A stretch of 64,000 nt of DNA, taken from positions 130,944,001 through 131,008,000 of the forward strand of contig OX597817.1 of assembly GCA_951406725.2 (NCBI GenBank). The letters run 5' to 3'. Source of the stretch: Octopus vulgaris (lineage: Eukaryota). Below are positions 52,575 through 64,000 of the stretch, piece by piece. The translations under genes and the position numbers were made by a program. Position 1 is the first letter of the stretch; each line of letters starts with the position of its first letter. The notes beneath the pieces are model-generated. The model saw only the letters and a list, made by a program, of their open reading frames with translations, searched no databases and was not told the origin of the DNA.

Positions 52575-54226
52575 ATATACTCCTCCCACCAAATTTGTTG
52601 CCCCATAACTTCCAGCAAAATGGATACTTTTCAATGAAACTTTCAACAAATAATCGCTTAGATCCTGTAGACTGAGCATATGTAAAGATTTGCTGGAAAC
52701 GAATTTTCCGAGGAGTTGAGAAAAGGATTTTTGGAAAATTCACATAACCTAACATGTTCTCCCTCATAAGTTTCAGGAAAACGGCTATTTTTTAATGAAA
52801 TTTTACACAAATACCTCTCCAGCAGTGTAGATTATAACTGCAAAGAAATTTTGAAAGCAAAACATTGGGGAGGTGTTTCTGGAAAATGAAGTCTTGGATC
52901 AGACGGTCCACATTATTTGGAATTTCTCCATTTTGACAGGGATTTTTTCCAACTTTTTTTTTCAGCACAGTTTTCAGAATGATGGGAGATATCATGAAAA
53001 ACAAGGAAAAAGTTTGAAAATCTATGATTTTATTTCACTCCTGCAACCCCCTCACCACTCCATTCTGGACCGATTTTGGCCAACTGTTTTTTATTTTTCA
53101 CTTATACATTTAAAACCTGTGAAAGAAACATTTTTTGTTAAAAGAAAAAAAACACTGTTAATAATTTTAGAAGAAAATGTGTGATTCAAGGGAGATCTGG
53201 CCGTTTTGTCTAGCACATCCTGAGATCTTGTTTTTTTCTCACTCTCACATCTATTGACATTGTTCAATATTTTTCTCCCCAGAAAAACATTTTATGGAAT
53301 GATAATGCAAAAGTAACACACGCATAGTCCATTGCTGGGATATAAGCAAAAAAAAAAATGGTAATTAATATTTTTACTTGCATCGCTGAACGAGGCCATG
53401 TATGTGTGTGTGTAAGGATAAAGAACATTTGCTAACAGAAAATTACGCTATCAAAATAAATCAGCTTGTTAAAATCACTTTGGATATATTTCAGCAATAA
53501 TCTTTTCAAACTGTCCAATATTTTAGAATTATATTAACAGAAACAATCAAGGAGAGAGTGCAGCTAAAAAACACCATAAATTTTCAAATTTTTCCTTTTT
53601 TTGTAGCATAAAAGTGTTTATGAGGGAAAATATTGAAAAGCATCTGAGTAAAAAAAACAAAACAAACAAGGCATGTGGTCTTGCAATATGCTAGAAACAA
53701 CAGCCAAATTTCCTTTCAATCACGCACTTTTTCCTCATGCCCTTACCAAAAATTTGCCCGCAGGTTTCTTTGTAATCGTAATCTACACTGTTGGAAAGTT
53801 ATTTGTATGAAATTTCATTAAAACACACCCATTTTCCTGAAAGCTATGAGGGGGAAAATGCCGGATCGTGTGAATTTTCTGAAATTCCTTTCCTCAACCC
53901 TTCGGAAAATTTTTTGTCATTCTTCCGATATAGATATTTTATCTGTCATTTCTTCCCAGCTGTTTTGATGGCATGTTCGGTAAAATCCATTAATAGATTT
54001 TATGTATTTATTTTTCACTTTGATATATCACACACGCTTTGATCTTCAAGACCGATTTTCATTCTCTTTACCAACTGAACAGATAATCATTCACACTCAT
54101 ACACACAGTCATTCACACACATACAAAGTTAGTCATACACAGAGAAAAAGAGGGTGATGAGAGTGAGACATGAATCCTAGCTGCACACATACACAAATAC
54201 ACATAAACACATAATACAATATATAG

Positions 54227-54295
<69 letters not shown>

Positions 54296-55105
54296 CATTA
54301 ACCCTTTTGTTACCAACCCGGCTGAAACTGAGGACAAATGTCTTGTTTCCATGAGTTTCAATAAAAATCTTCCACCAAACCTTAGCCACAACTTATGTTC
54401 CTAATACTAGCTGAATGATAACTTAGTTATTTTACTAAATTCTAATATTTTCCCCCATAAACACATTTATGCCTTTAAAAAAATGAAACCGCCTCACTCC
54501 CTATCCCCGAATGTTTCTGTTAATATAATTCAAAGATATTGGAGAGTCTGAGAAGATTATTGCTGAGATTTATCCAGAGTGATTTTAATGAGCGGTATAT
54601 AAAAGATGATTTATTTTGATAGCATAATTTTCTGTTAGTAAATGATTTTTTCTTATACAGCCTCGTTCAGTTGTGATGCGAGTAAAAATTTTAATTATCA
54701 TTTATTTATCGCTTATATCCCAGCAATGGACTACATGTGTTACTTTCGCATTATCATTCCATAAAATGTGTTATGGGGAGAAAACTATTGAAAAACATCA
54801 ATAGATGTGAGAGTGAGAAAGAAACGAGGTGGGAGGTCTTGGGATGCGCTAGAAACAACAACCAATTCTTCCTTAAATCACACGTTTTTCTCAGAATTTT
54901 TCGATTTTTTGGTTTCGCTCATGGGCTTTAAGTGTATAGATAAGAAAAAGGAAAATGATCAAAATCGATCAGGACTGGGGTAGTGTGAGGGGAAAAAAGC
55001 AATAAATGCTTTGTAATCTATAGGATCTAAGTGATTATTAGTTGATAATTTCGTTAGATTTTTCTGGAAGTAATGAGTCAACAAATTCGGTGGGGTGGAG
55101 TTATG
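52575..55105. mobile_element. Foldback-like element with long diverged inverted arms
   Basis: 52580-52675 is the reverse complement of 55010-55100, and 53230-53550 is the reverse complement of 54510-54825. Confidence 0.7.
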
Positions 55106-55129
55106 AATCTGTAGTTATGCTTTTTTTTT

Positions 55130-58100
55130 ACACACACAAAAGAGAAATTTGAAATCCATGAAAATCCATCATTTTGGAATGTTGCTCCTCACTCCTTTAC
55201 GACAGAGATTCCCCATTTTGTCTTTTCTGAACAAAATGAAACAATGAACAGTGTAGAAAGAATCTTAGATAGGAAAGAGATACCAAACTACGCACAAATA
55301 ATAGACATCTCACTTCCTAAATTAGAAATAGCAGCCAATCCCGCACAAATCAAGGACATCTCTCATTCATATAACAGAGAAAAGACACAAAGAATCGAGG
55401 CACCAAAATCCGAAAGTCTACAAAATTTAAAAGCATTGACTATTTTCATTGTTTAATACTTATGGAATTTTATTACAAGGCACAAGGTCCAAACAAAGAG
55501 GGGACAATACAAGATGGATATGGGGTCAGTATAACGAGTGGATTTACAGAAAGAAACATTTAAAAATTTATGGAAATTATATAGCGAATGAGGGGACAAA
55601 CAGAGGCACAGTACAATGGAGTGGGGGAGCAGTCAAGATCCCGCAAGACACGCTCCTCCACTGAGCCGGCTTTTATTAACCTTTTATGGATACACATATG
55701 TAGGACCTTTCATACCCAACAGCATGCCACTTGCTTCCATCTTTTATCAAACGTGTCTGATGACAGATATCTCCTTTCTAGCCTTATCTTCCTTTGTGGA
55801 AAGAAGACAAACCAGTTTACCAAACCTTGGCTGGAAATGAAGATACCTGTCATCATTCCGTTCATACTTATCCTCCATATTGCATCTTTTGCTATAGTGA
55901 CCACAATGAGAAAACAAAACTTACCTTCTCTGTCTCGTCCACATCTTGGGCAGTTGGGCAAGCATGAGGTACCATAACTTGCGAATTTATCGTGAATAGG
56001 TAAGGCTCCCCAGTAACATTGCCAGGCAATGGACCTCTGGATGATATCCAGGAGTCCCGGCCCAAATGTCCTTTGGAACAAGCTAGCTAGTTGATCTTCA
56101 TCAAAGTCCAGAGTTTCCCCCAATGCATCGTCACACTTGGCCTCTACTAACCCTCTATAAAATGACATGGTGGAACCCATGTTACCAGCATTGCCTCTGC
56201 GGCAGAAGAGCACGAGAGCCTTGCAACACTTGGCCTACCAAACACCCAACTTTGGTCAACATCTGATCCATAGTTCTAGTTCATTAAAACTAGTGAACCT
56301 AAGAAGCAACAGTTTAACGAACAGAGACCACACCTGTTGAACATCCAAGTAAACCAGAGATGCCCTAGTCTCAGTGCGTGCCAGCGCATCATTAGCCATG
56401 ACGTCCCTAGCCCACCCTTTAGCAGTTGTTGGCAACAGATAGAGTGCATTACAAGATGTCCTTTGCTCTTCCACAAAAGGTGGAAGAGCAGTCGTTCCAT
56501 CTTGATTAGCCACGAATCGGGACAAGGCACTACGGTCAGGCAGTAGGTGATCACAGATGCAATGAACACATTTGGGGCCTCCGCCAGGTCTGAGTTAGAT
56601 GGGCCACCCTGCTCATGACCTCGCTCCAATTCTTTTCTAACTGTAGGTCTGGCCCAAACAAGACCCCGAGCATTTTCACCGGACCATCTGTCCAATGTCC
56701 CATGACGCTGTTGGACAACATCGACTTGCCTCTCCAGGTGCCGAGCTGCAGGCCAACTGACCTATCATGGTTAATTATTGTTCCTGTCTCTACCTCGCAT
56801 TCTTTAACAGCTTCATCTACCATCTGTAGGTATTTTGCTTCAGATACGATGATGGTGATGTCATCCGTGTACGCCATTACTAATCTTCCACAGCCTAGAT
56901 CTCACGGAACACCACCCATACCCTCTAACCGCCATAATAATGGCTCGAGAGCCAGCACATACAGAAGGGTGAGAGTAGACATTCTTGACGAACAGAGCAC
57001 TTGATATAGAATGGTATTGAGAAGAAACCGTTCACCCGAATGATCGAATCAATGTTACTGTACAAAGAAAGGTTGGGCCCTGACCGACTGCAGCAAGAAC
57101 CGTCACCAGATACAGACCGTCGACCCTGCCGAATGCGTTAGCCTGGTCAAAACGTACAAGCGCCCCACCATTGTCAGGAACCCTATTAACCCACTCTAAG
57201 GTATAACGTATAAGATGGAGATTGTCGTGTATGGATCGGCCCGGGACGGAACAGGTTTGTGCCTCCCCTACCAATCCACCCACGAACCGCACCAATCTTT
57301 TCGCTAATACCTTGGCCAGAATCTTCAGCTCTACGTTAAGCAGAGTGATGGGCTGGAAGTTATATATAATATCCCATTTGTTTGGGTCACTACTACCCGG
57401 CTCACAGATCTGGGGATGAATCCATTCTGTTGCCATTTCATAAAAACACATGCCACTAGGTGCCCAAACAAGTCTGGCATACATTTGTAAAATTTGTAGG
57501 GAAGACCATCAAGTCTCGGCAACTTGTCCCCACAACAATCCGACAAGGCACCCTCTACTTCCGCATCTGTGATCGGCCTTTCACAACATTCCGTTTATGT
57601 CTCGAGAGATGCAACAAACCAGCAAGGAAGTCTGTAGGATCCACCCTGCACTCCGGTCCATCTCCCCTCCCAAAAAGCCGGCCAAAATGTTCGTGAAAAA
57701 CCTTGCAATCTCCTTGGGTTCGTTCACCACTTGCCCTTGGCTGTTCGTCATAGACCTTACCCTGGCATCGTTGCCATGTTGAGCTTCTACCGCACAGGGC
57801 CATCTTGCCGCGCAGATTCTCTCTCGACCCATTGCACATAGCTTAGCCCTGACAATGTATCCTTCATATTTCAGCCTCGAGGTTTTAGTTGAGAGCCAAT
57901 CTCAACACTCGAGATGCACTGCCACTTTCCAGTACCTCTTTTAAAGCCTTGACTTATTCTTTCTAGCTGCTAGTTCTCCATCTAATTGACTCAATATTAA
58001 TGGCTCTTTCGAGGGCTCTCCACCATTTGTTGTTAATAATGGTGCCTTTCGGAGCCCTCTTTACTAACTCACTAATCTGGTTCCTGTACTCCTCTTCGGT

Positions 58101-60600
58101 CAAAAGAGAATTATTGAGTTTTAAGTAACGGGAACCTTGTTTACATAACCTATCTTAGACAAGCGTACAAGACACAAGTTTGTGATCACTGTAGGTGACA
58201 TAATGAAACCGTGGACAACTAACCATGTTATTATCCTTATGTCTAACTAAAATCCTGTCTAGATAAGATCTAGAAGACCCGTTGCTATTCCTCCAGGTCC
58301 ACACTGGATCATTCGGGAATTCTATTCTGTATCGGTCTGCCAGCAGAAAGCGACTAAACAGATCGGTGAGGTATGGGTTTCCCCTTCTATTTGGATTCAA
58401 GCCAACACAATCTATGCGTGCATCACAGATTGTGTTAATATCACCTAATATTACTAAAGTGTGCGACGTACCTAAGAAATTCTCTAGGCTTCTAAAAAAT
58501 CAGATTTCCAGCTCCACAGGGGACATAGACACCAACCAACCTGAAAGTCTTACTCTGCTGACTGTCACATCAAGAACGACCAGCCTGCCTTACAGGTCGA
58601 TAAATATTGTTGTCTCAGAAACCAGGATTTCTCATAGCCACTCAGGAGTGGGGACCGTGACTTACTCAGCCTGGCTTTCATGGCCACTACCACATCCAGT
58701 CTATGTAACCGAAGATCATTTAGGAAGCGACCTTGCATCCAATCTGATTCCAGGCCACGCACATTTAAGCAACATATGGTAAGTGCATCCATAAAATGGC
58801 TTACCTTATATTGGAGAAAGGATTATACTCCCTCCTATTCTGTATCTTGCATGGATCGTTTTTTCCTTTGATTGACTAGGCCATCATATATGGACACAGT
58901 AAAGTCCTTTCTGGGGAATTGTTCTTTCTTTTGGCCACTTCCTTCCTTTTTATCACAGTGCAGTCGTCAACCATTACCTCGTTCCCGGATGGTTAGGTGT
59001 CGACTTCCTGTGGCTGCTTTTCTTCCTGTAATTTGGGCTCGACCGTCTTGGTTGTTGCTTCTATTGCTTCTTCAGCCTGGCTCGAATGTGGCCATTTTTG
59101 CCAAACTCGAAGCATTGAGGTCTCCTACACTCAATCATTATAGGAAGCGTTGTCTTTTCCCCGAGGATAATGTTTTCCACAAACTCCTCAAGTGTTTGTG
59201 GTGCGGCTTCAGCAATAATTTCAAGAACTTGTCCCTTCCAATTCTGTTGTATTTTGGATGCTTCTAAAATGGTAATTTTATCTTCTAAACCCATTTTAAG
59301 GGCTGCACATAACCAAGTAACATCGATTTCAGGTGGAATATCTTCTATGGTGATTCTTTTCTACTCTAGGCACAAGGCCTGAAATTTTTCGGGAAGGGTC
59401 CAGTCGATTAGATCGACCCCGAAAGGATGAACGGTAAAGTCGACCTCGGAATTTGAAACTCCGAACGTAATGACAGATGAAACACCGCTAAGCATTTCGC
59501 TCGGCGTGCTAACGATTCTGCCAGGTCGCCGCCTTCTATGGTGACTCGTGAAGTGCGTCTGCCTAGATATGTAGACAGTAGGTATGTGGTTTTGAGCAGT
59601 TTTACTGAGTGTACCTTTGCCTTTTCTTCACTCTTGAAGTACACAATAATTTTTTGCAAATCTTCTTGTGATGAATTCAATGTCTTACCAAATAGGCTGT
59701 AGGCACTTTTCTACTTGCTCCTTCGATGCCTTGTCAAGCTCAATATGAGGATTTTACAAACAATAGTTTTCCTGGCTGTATTATCTATTAAATTACCAGG
59801 GAGAGTGTCTTTTATATGGTTCGCCTCCCTTTCGAACATTTTTTTGTTTTGTATCAACGTTGCTGGTTCTATATTTAATTTTTCCAGCTGCTGCTGCGAA
59901 TTTAATTTTCTTTGTTTGTTCACTGGGTTGTTCTACAGTAGGCTGCATGTTCACATCAGACTTTGGTTCAGGAACGGACATTGTTTTCTTGTTTACATTA
60001 TTCTCTTCAACCGAGGACATTTTCACAGTTTTCGTAATATTTTTCTCCAAGGGCATTTTCGCGGGGTTTCTCTTCTAGAGAAGAACAATACATTATTCTG
60101 GGATAAATCCCACAGTTGAGGCAAATAAAAAAAATAATAACTCCCCTGCTCATAGGGGGGAACAACGTTCACAAAGTCTGCCGAACGCAGATAGCAAGAT
60201 GTTTTATAAAAACACAACAAAATAATGGTACTATTTAAGAAGAGTGGTCCCGGTGTGCTCACTAACGTTCCGTGCTAGCTCGTTGTGACTAGTCGATCCT
60301 ACAACGACTACCTAGCAAAGTAAATAAAACACAAAATAAATAATTTTTTTACACAAAATAAATTTTTTTAAAAACAAAGTGAATAAAACACAAAAACACA
60401 AAGTAAATACATTTTTAAACAAAATAAAACACAAAAACACAAAGTAAGGATCGAGTAGTCACGACTAGCTAGCGCGGATGCGAGAGTACGCGAGTGCGCG
60501 CACCGGAACGCTCTTCGTAAATAGTACCCAAAACAATAACAGCAAATTCGACAATTCAACAATCCTGCGACAAATTACGACCCGCACAAAAAGCACGAAG
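55130..60600 (-). mobile_element. Near full-length L1/Tx1-clade LINE, inactivated
   Basis: Order on the minus strand: 5' UTR, ORF1 from ~60056, ORF2 from 58792 (APE; YSDHKLV; RT with AYTDD; C-terminal CPRCG), then 3' UTR. Many stops and frameshifts. Ends are approximate. Confidence 0.9.
59354..59532 (-). mobile_element. tRNA-derived SINE inserted in LINE ORF1 with 12-bp TSD
   Basis: tRNA-like head ggcggcgacctggcagaatcgttagc. TSD cttctatggtga at 59342-59353 and 59533-59544. Confidence 0.8.
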
Positions 60601-60654
60601 TGATAGTATTGGTTAATACTTATGTTTCATAAAGGATGGTGTTGTTATATATAT

Positions 60655-60690
<36 letters not shown>

Positions 60691-61311
60691 TAGAACGTAT
60701 TTTAAGTATAATAAATGTATTATTATCAGCTGATTAAGAGGAATTCAGGACATTTAACTTGATATCAATATCACGTAGGAAGCATGTTCAATGCACATGC
60801 GTATATCCAGTCCTGTAATATTTCAAGCAGTAAAGACTAATTATCTCCCTTATGTAACAGTAGACTGCTTTTGATTTGTAAGTTTTAGAGTTACATGGTT
60901 TACTGTCCAAATTCCATCTATATGAAATAGAAAATTACCAGTCAGTGAGTCTGGATTTATTTATACATGAAAACAAATACAATAGTTGTTGATAGCAGCT
61001 TTCCGGCCCTATATTTCATATCGCTTCATCTTTATTCTTTCATTTATTTCAGTCCTTTGACTGTTGCCGTGCTGAGCACCACTTTGAGATGACTTACCTC
61101 TGTGATATTTATAATATAAATTATTTCTTCCGGATTTTGAATTTATTTTATGTGTGCAGCATAGATAGATGTTTGCCCATATAGGATTCTTTATAATACT
61201 TATCATATCAACTCTATAAGGTTAAATAAATTGCAGTTAAATGCACATGTTCAGAAGTAATCCAAAGTTTATTCCCTAAACACAAAGGGGTTTTATGGAA
61301 TTACTTTGAAG

Positions 61312-61343
<32 letters not shown>

Positions 61344-61367
61344 CCTCTCCTCTCTCTCTCTCTCTCA

Positions 61368-61402
<35 letters not shown>

Positions 61403-62148
61403 AATACGAAAGAAGGTTTGAAAATGCAATTGTAAAAGATGTTATTTTACTTTACCGGTTTCACTCTTTAGAAAAAGATTGTCAAAAGTAACATGTAAAA
61501 GTTTGGTTGTGTTAATTTTTGGTTGTCACAAAATGCTACAATACATATATACAGTCTTTGGTAACAAGAACATGTTAAGGACATCAAAAAGTTTAACAAG
61601 TTCATTAAAAGATTGGGCATAAAAGATTACAACATAAATATACATTCTTAACAAAATGTTAACGATATTTTCCAGAAGGAATTATTAAAAAGTTCAGTGG
61701 AATATTGGTATTGTATCTGTACACGCACAGAATATTGGTTATCACAAAATATGACAATACATATATACATTCTTTGGTAACAAGAACATGTTAAGAACAT
61801 AAATAAGTTTAACAAGTTCATTAAAATATTGGGCACAAAAGATTACAACATCTATATACATTCTCAAGAAAATGTTAAAGATAGTTTCCAGAAGGAATTA
61901 TTAAAAAGTTCAGTGGAATATTGGTATACACGCACAGAATATTATGAGTTCAAAAAAGTTTACATTATAGTAGTAGGGAAGCTCAAACTGACCTGGTCCA
62001 CCATGTTATCGTAAAAGACTATTTACTATTTCAAGGGCCTCTGTAGGTGTGTTTGGGTGGGGGGAAGGAAGGGTAATGTGGAACTGAAAAGAGTTTCTTC
62101 TTTTTGTCTCTCCTTCACGCATCAATGATTTGGGGGTATTAGTCTTTA

Positions 62149-62750
62149 GAGGTCAGAATGGTGCGAGTGCGTGTGTCTTTGTGTGTGTGTATATACATAT
62201 GTGGTGTGAATAGATGTGTCTGTGTGTTTGTAATATCTGGTAGGATGGTGTGTGTATATGTGTGCCCTGTTTGTCAAAAGTGTGTTTGATTGTCTTGGTG
62301 TTGTGTGTGTGTGTGTGTATGTATGTGCGTGATTAGCATTTGTCATGGTGCTGTGTGTGTGCATGCGTGTGTATATGTGTGTCTGTATGGAGGTCAGAAT
62401 TCTGTGAGTGTGTGTGTGTATATATGTATACATGTGTTTGTGTGCGTGCGGGGGGCTGTTTTTGATTGGTTCCAGGGTCTATTGTGGTGTAAATAGATGT
62501 GTGTTTTTTTTATTTGGTAGGATGGTGTGTGTATATGTGTGCCCGTGTGTCAACCGTGTGTGTGATTGTCTTGGTGTTGTGTGTGTGTGTGTGTATTTGC
62601 GTGATTGGCATTTGTCATGGTGCTGTGTGTGTGCATGTGTGTGTACATGTGTGTCTGTATGGAGGTCAGAATTCTGTGAGTGTGTGTGTCTTTGTGTGTG
62701 TGTATATATGTATACATGTGTTTGTGTGTGTGGGCTGTTTTTGATTGGTC
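62149..62750. repeat. TG-rich tandem repeat, ~240-270-bp unit, ~2.3 copies
   Basis: gaggtcagaat recurs at ~62149, 62390 and 62662. Confidence 0.75.
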
Positions 62751-62789
62751 CCAGGGGAAAGAACAACACACACCAAAACACCGCAGATA

Positions 62790-63175
62790 GAAGAACCCCC
62801 AGGAATCATTTTTTGGCAAGGGCATAAGTTTCCACGACACCAGATGTTAGATACCAACCCCGAAAAACCAAATATAGTGAATCTCTCAAACCTAAACCTG
62901 TCGACACCACAAATAAAATCCTTTCAAAAGGACTAAAATTCACCCCAACTCAGCAATACCATAACCTGAGGGAAATACTTCCTTATGGTGAACTCCCACA
63001 ACCTAAACCCAAACCCAACACCAGTAAAAGAGAATGGGAAAACATCATATGCTACGAGACAATCATGACGTCACAATAAAGGAAGCAGATAAGGGTAGTA
63101 CGGTCGTTATTATGAATACTGAGCAATATAAAAACTGTGTATCTCACATTTTGGAGGATACTAACATCTTTTACA
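62790..63175 (+). mobile_element. Penelope-like N-terminal fragment
   Basis: IVNLSNLNLS...KGLKFTPT...VTIKEADKGSTVVIMN. Confidence 0.75.
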
Positions 63176-63236
63176 ATTGCATTTTCAAACCTTCTTTCGT
63201 ATATTTCCATTCGTGCGGTACCTTACAACTCCACTT

Positions 63237-64000
63237 TGTTATATATATATATATATATATATACATTGTTACATTCATATCTATGTGTATACATAGGTAT
63301 ACGTATGTATGAATACATCCCCACTATGAGGACTATTTTGTAAAGTGCATCTAGTAAACAGTGTCTAAGGCGGATACGCACAGTATGTATCACTCCGCTA
63401 TACAAATACAGTTTGTAAACATGCCAAGTAAATAAACATGTAGAATCATAATAACGCTTTCAGTGAGTTGTTTATTATCCCAACACGAACCAAAAGAATA
63501 CATAGCATGGTGGCAGCGATAAATACTTAATCGAAAACCGTGCCTTTACAACAAAACAGGAACACAACAAACATGAAATTTAACAAACTGAATATCACTT
63601 CGTCTTCGGAAACACACACGAGGATCTGAAATGGCAGCCCTCATCACTGTACAGATGAATCTACATCCGACCATGAATTGGAACGCCGATGATATCGTGG
63701 AAGCGTTCAAGAAATTCGAACAGAAAACTCAACTGGCTTTCAAAAGCTTCCTTTAAGGTACAACCGCCGATGAAAAGGTAAGCTACATCATTTTATGGAC
63801 GGGAGAGAAGGGCCTAGACCTATTCAATAGTTGGGACATATCAGAATCGTATTGCAATAATCCAGACACACTTTTAGAGGAATTTGAAAGGCAGCTAGAG
63901 CCCAGATCAAACCATAGAATTAATAGGTATGAATTCCAGGGCCTGAAACAAGACCCACAAAAAACGATTGACAACTTCCTGTCCAGACTAAAGAATGTTG
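63237..64000 (+). mobile_element. Gypsy/Ty3 LTR retrotransposon 5' end: LTR (~63237-63507), PBS, gag fragment
   Basis: LTR termini TGTTAT...ATAGCA. PBS TGGTGGCAGCG at 63508-63518 resembles tRNA-Leu. Gag reads MNWNADDIVEAFKKF...WTGEKGLDLFNSW...RYEFQGLKQ with one stop. Runs off the window. Confidence 0.8.

Noticed and set aside
59753-60896. Other paralog-specific deletions (also 62094-63378) as lost introns
   Set aside because: Their boundaries are not GT-AG on either strand.
62149-62750. CRISPR-like spaced repeats
   Set aside because: Eukaryotic context; the whole units are homologous, with no unique spacers and no cas genes.

Overview
This is eukaryotic, AT-rich, microsatellite- and transposon-dense DNA. 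The tRNA-derived SINEs, KPYHCxICGK-type zinc fingers and (TA)n/(CA)n density point to a coleoid cephalopod such as Octopus (inference). One intact host gene can be assembled by hand from four GT-AG exons on the + strand (18838-18996, a 28-nt micro-exon at 23268-23295, 33845-33922 and 34335-34840). It encodes a 256-aa signal-anchored short-chain-collagen-C4-like protein with no collagen repeats. The rest is mostly decayed mobile DNA: L1/Tx1, CR1/L2, RTE, Dong/R4, Penelope, Gypsy, Tc1/mariner, hAT, Helitron, a foldback element and SINEs, plus a C2H2 zinc-finger pseudogene. The start of the window (1-~3770) is a diverged duplicate of its end (56960-~63850), and one of the segments missing from the left copy looks like a precise GT-AG intron. 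The most striking unannotated structure is a set of type I hammerhead ribozyme motifs. Two unrelated 270-350 bp palindromes each carry a back-to-back ribozyme pair, and another ribozyme lies between direct repeats. All calls come from reading the sequence; no database searches or folding programs were run.
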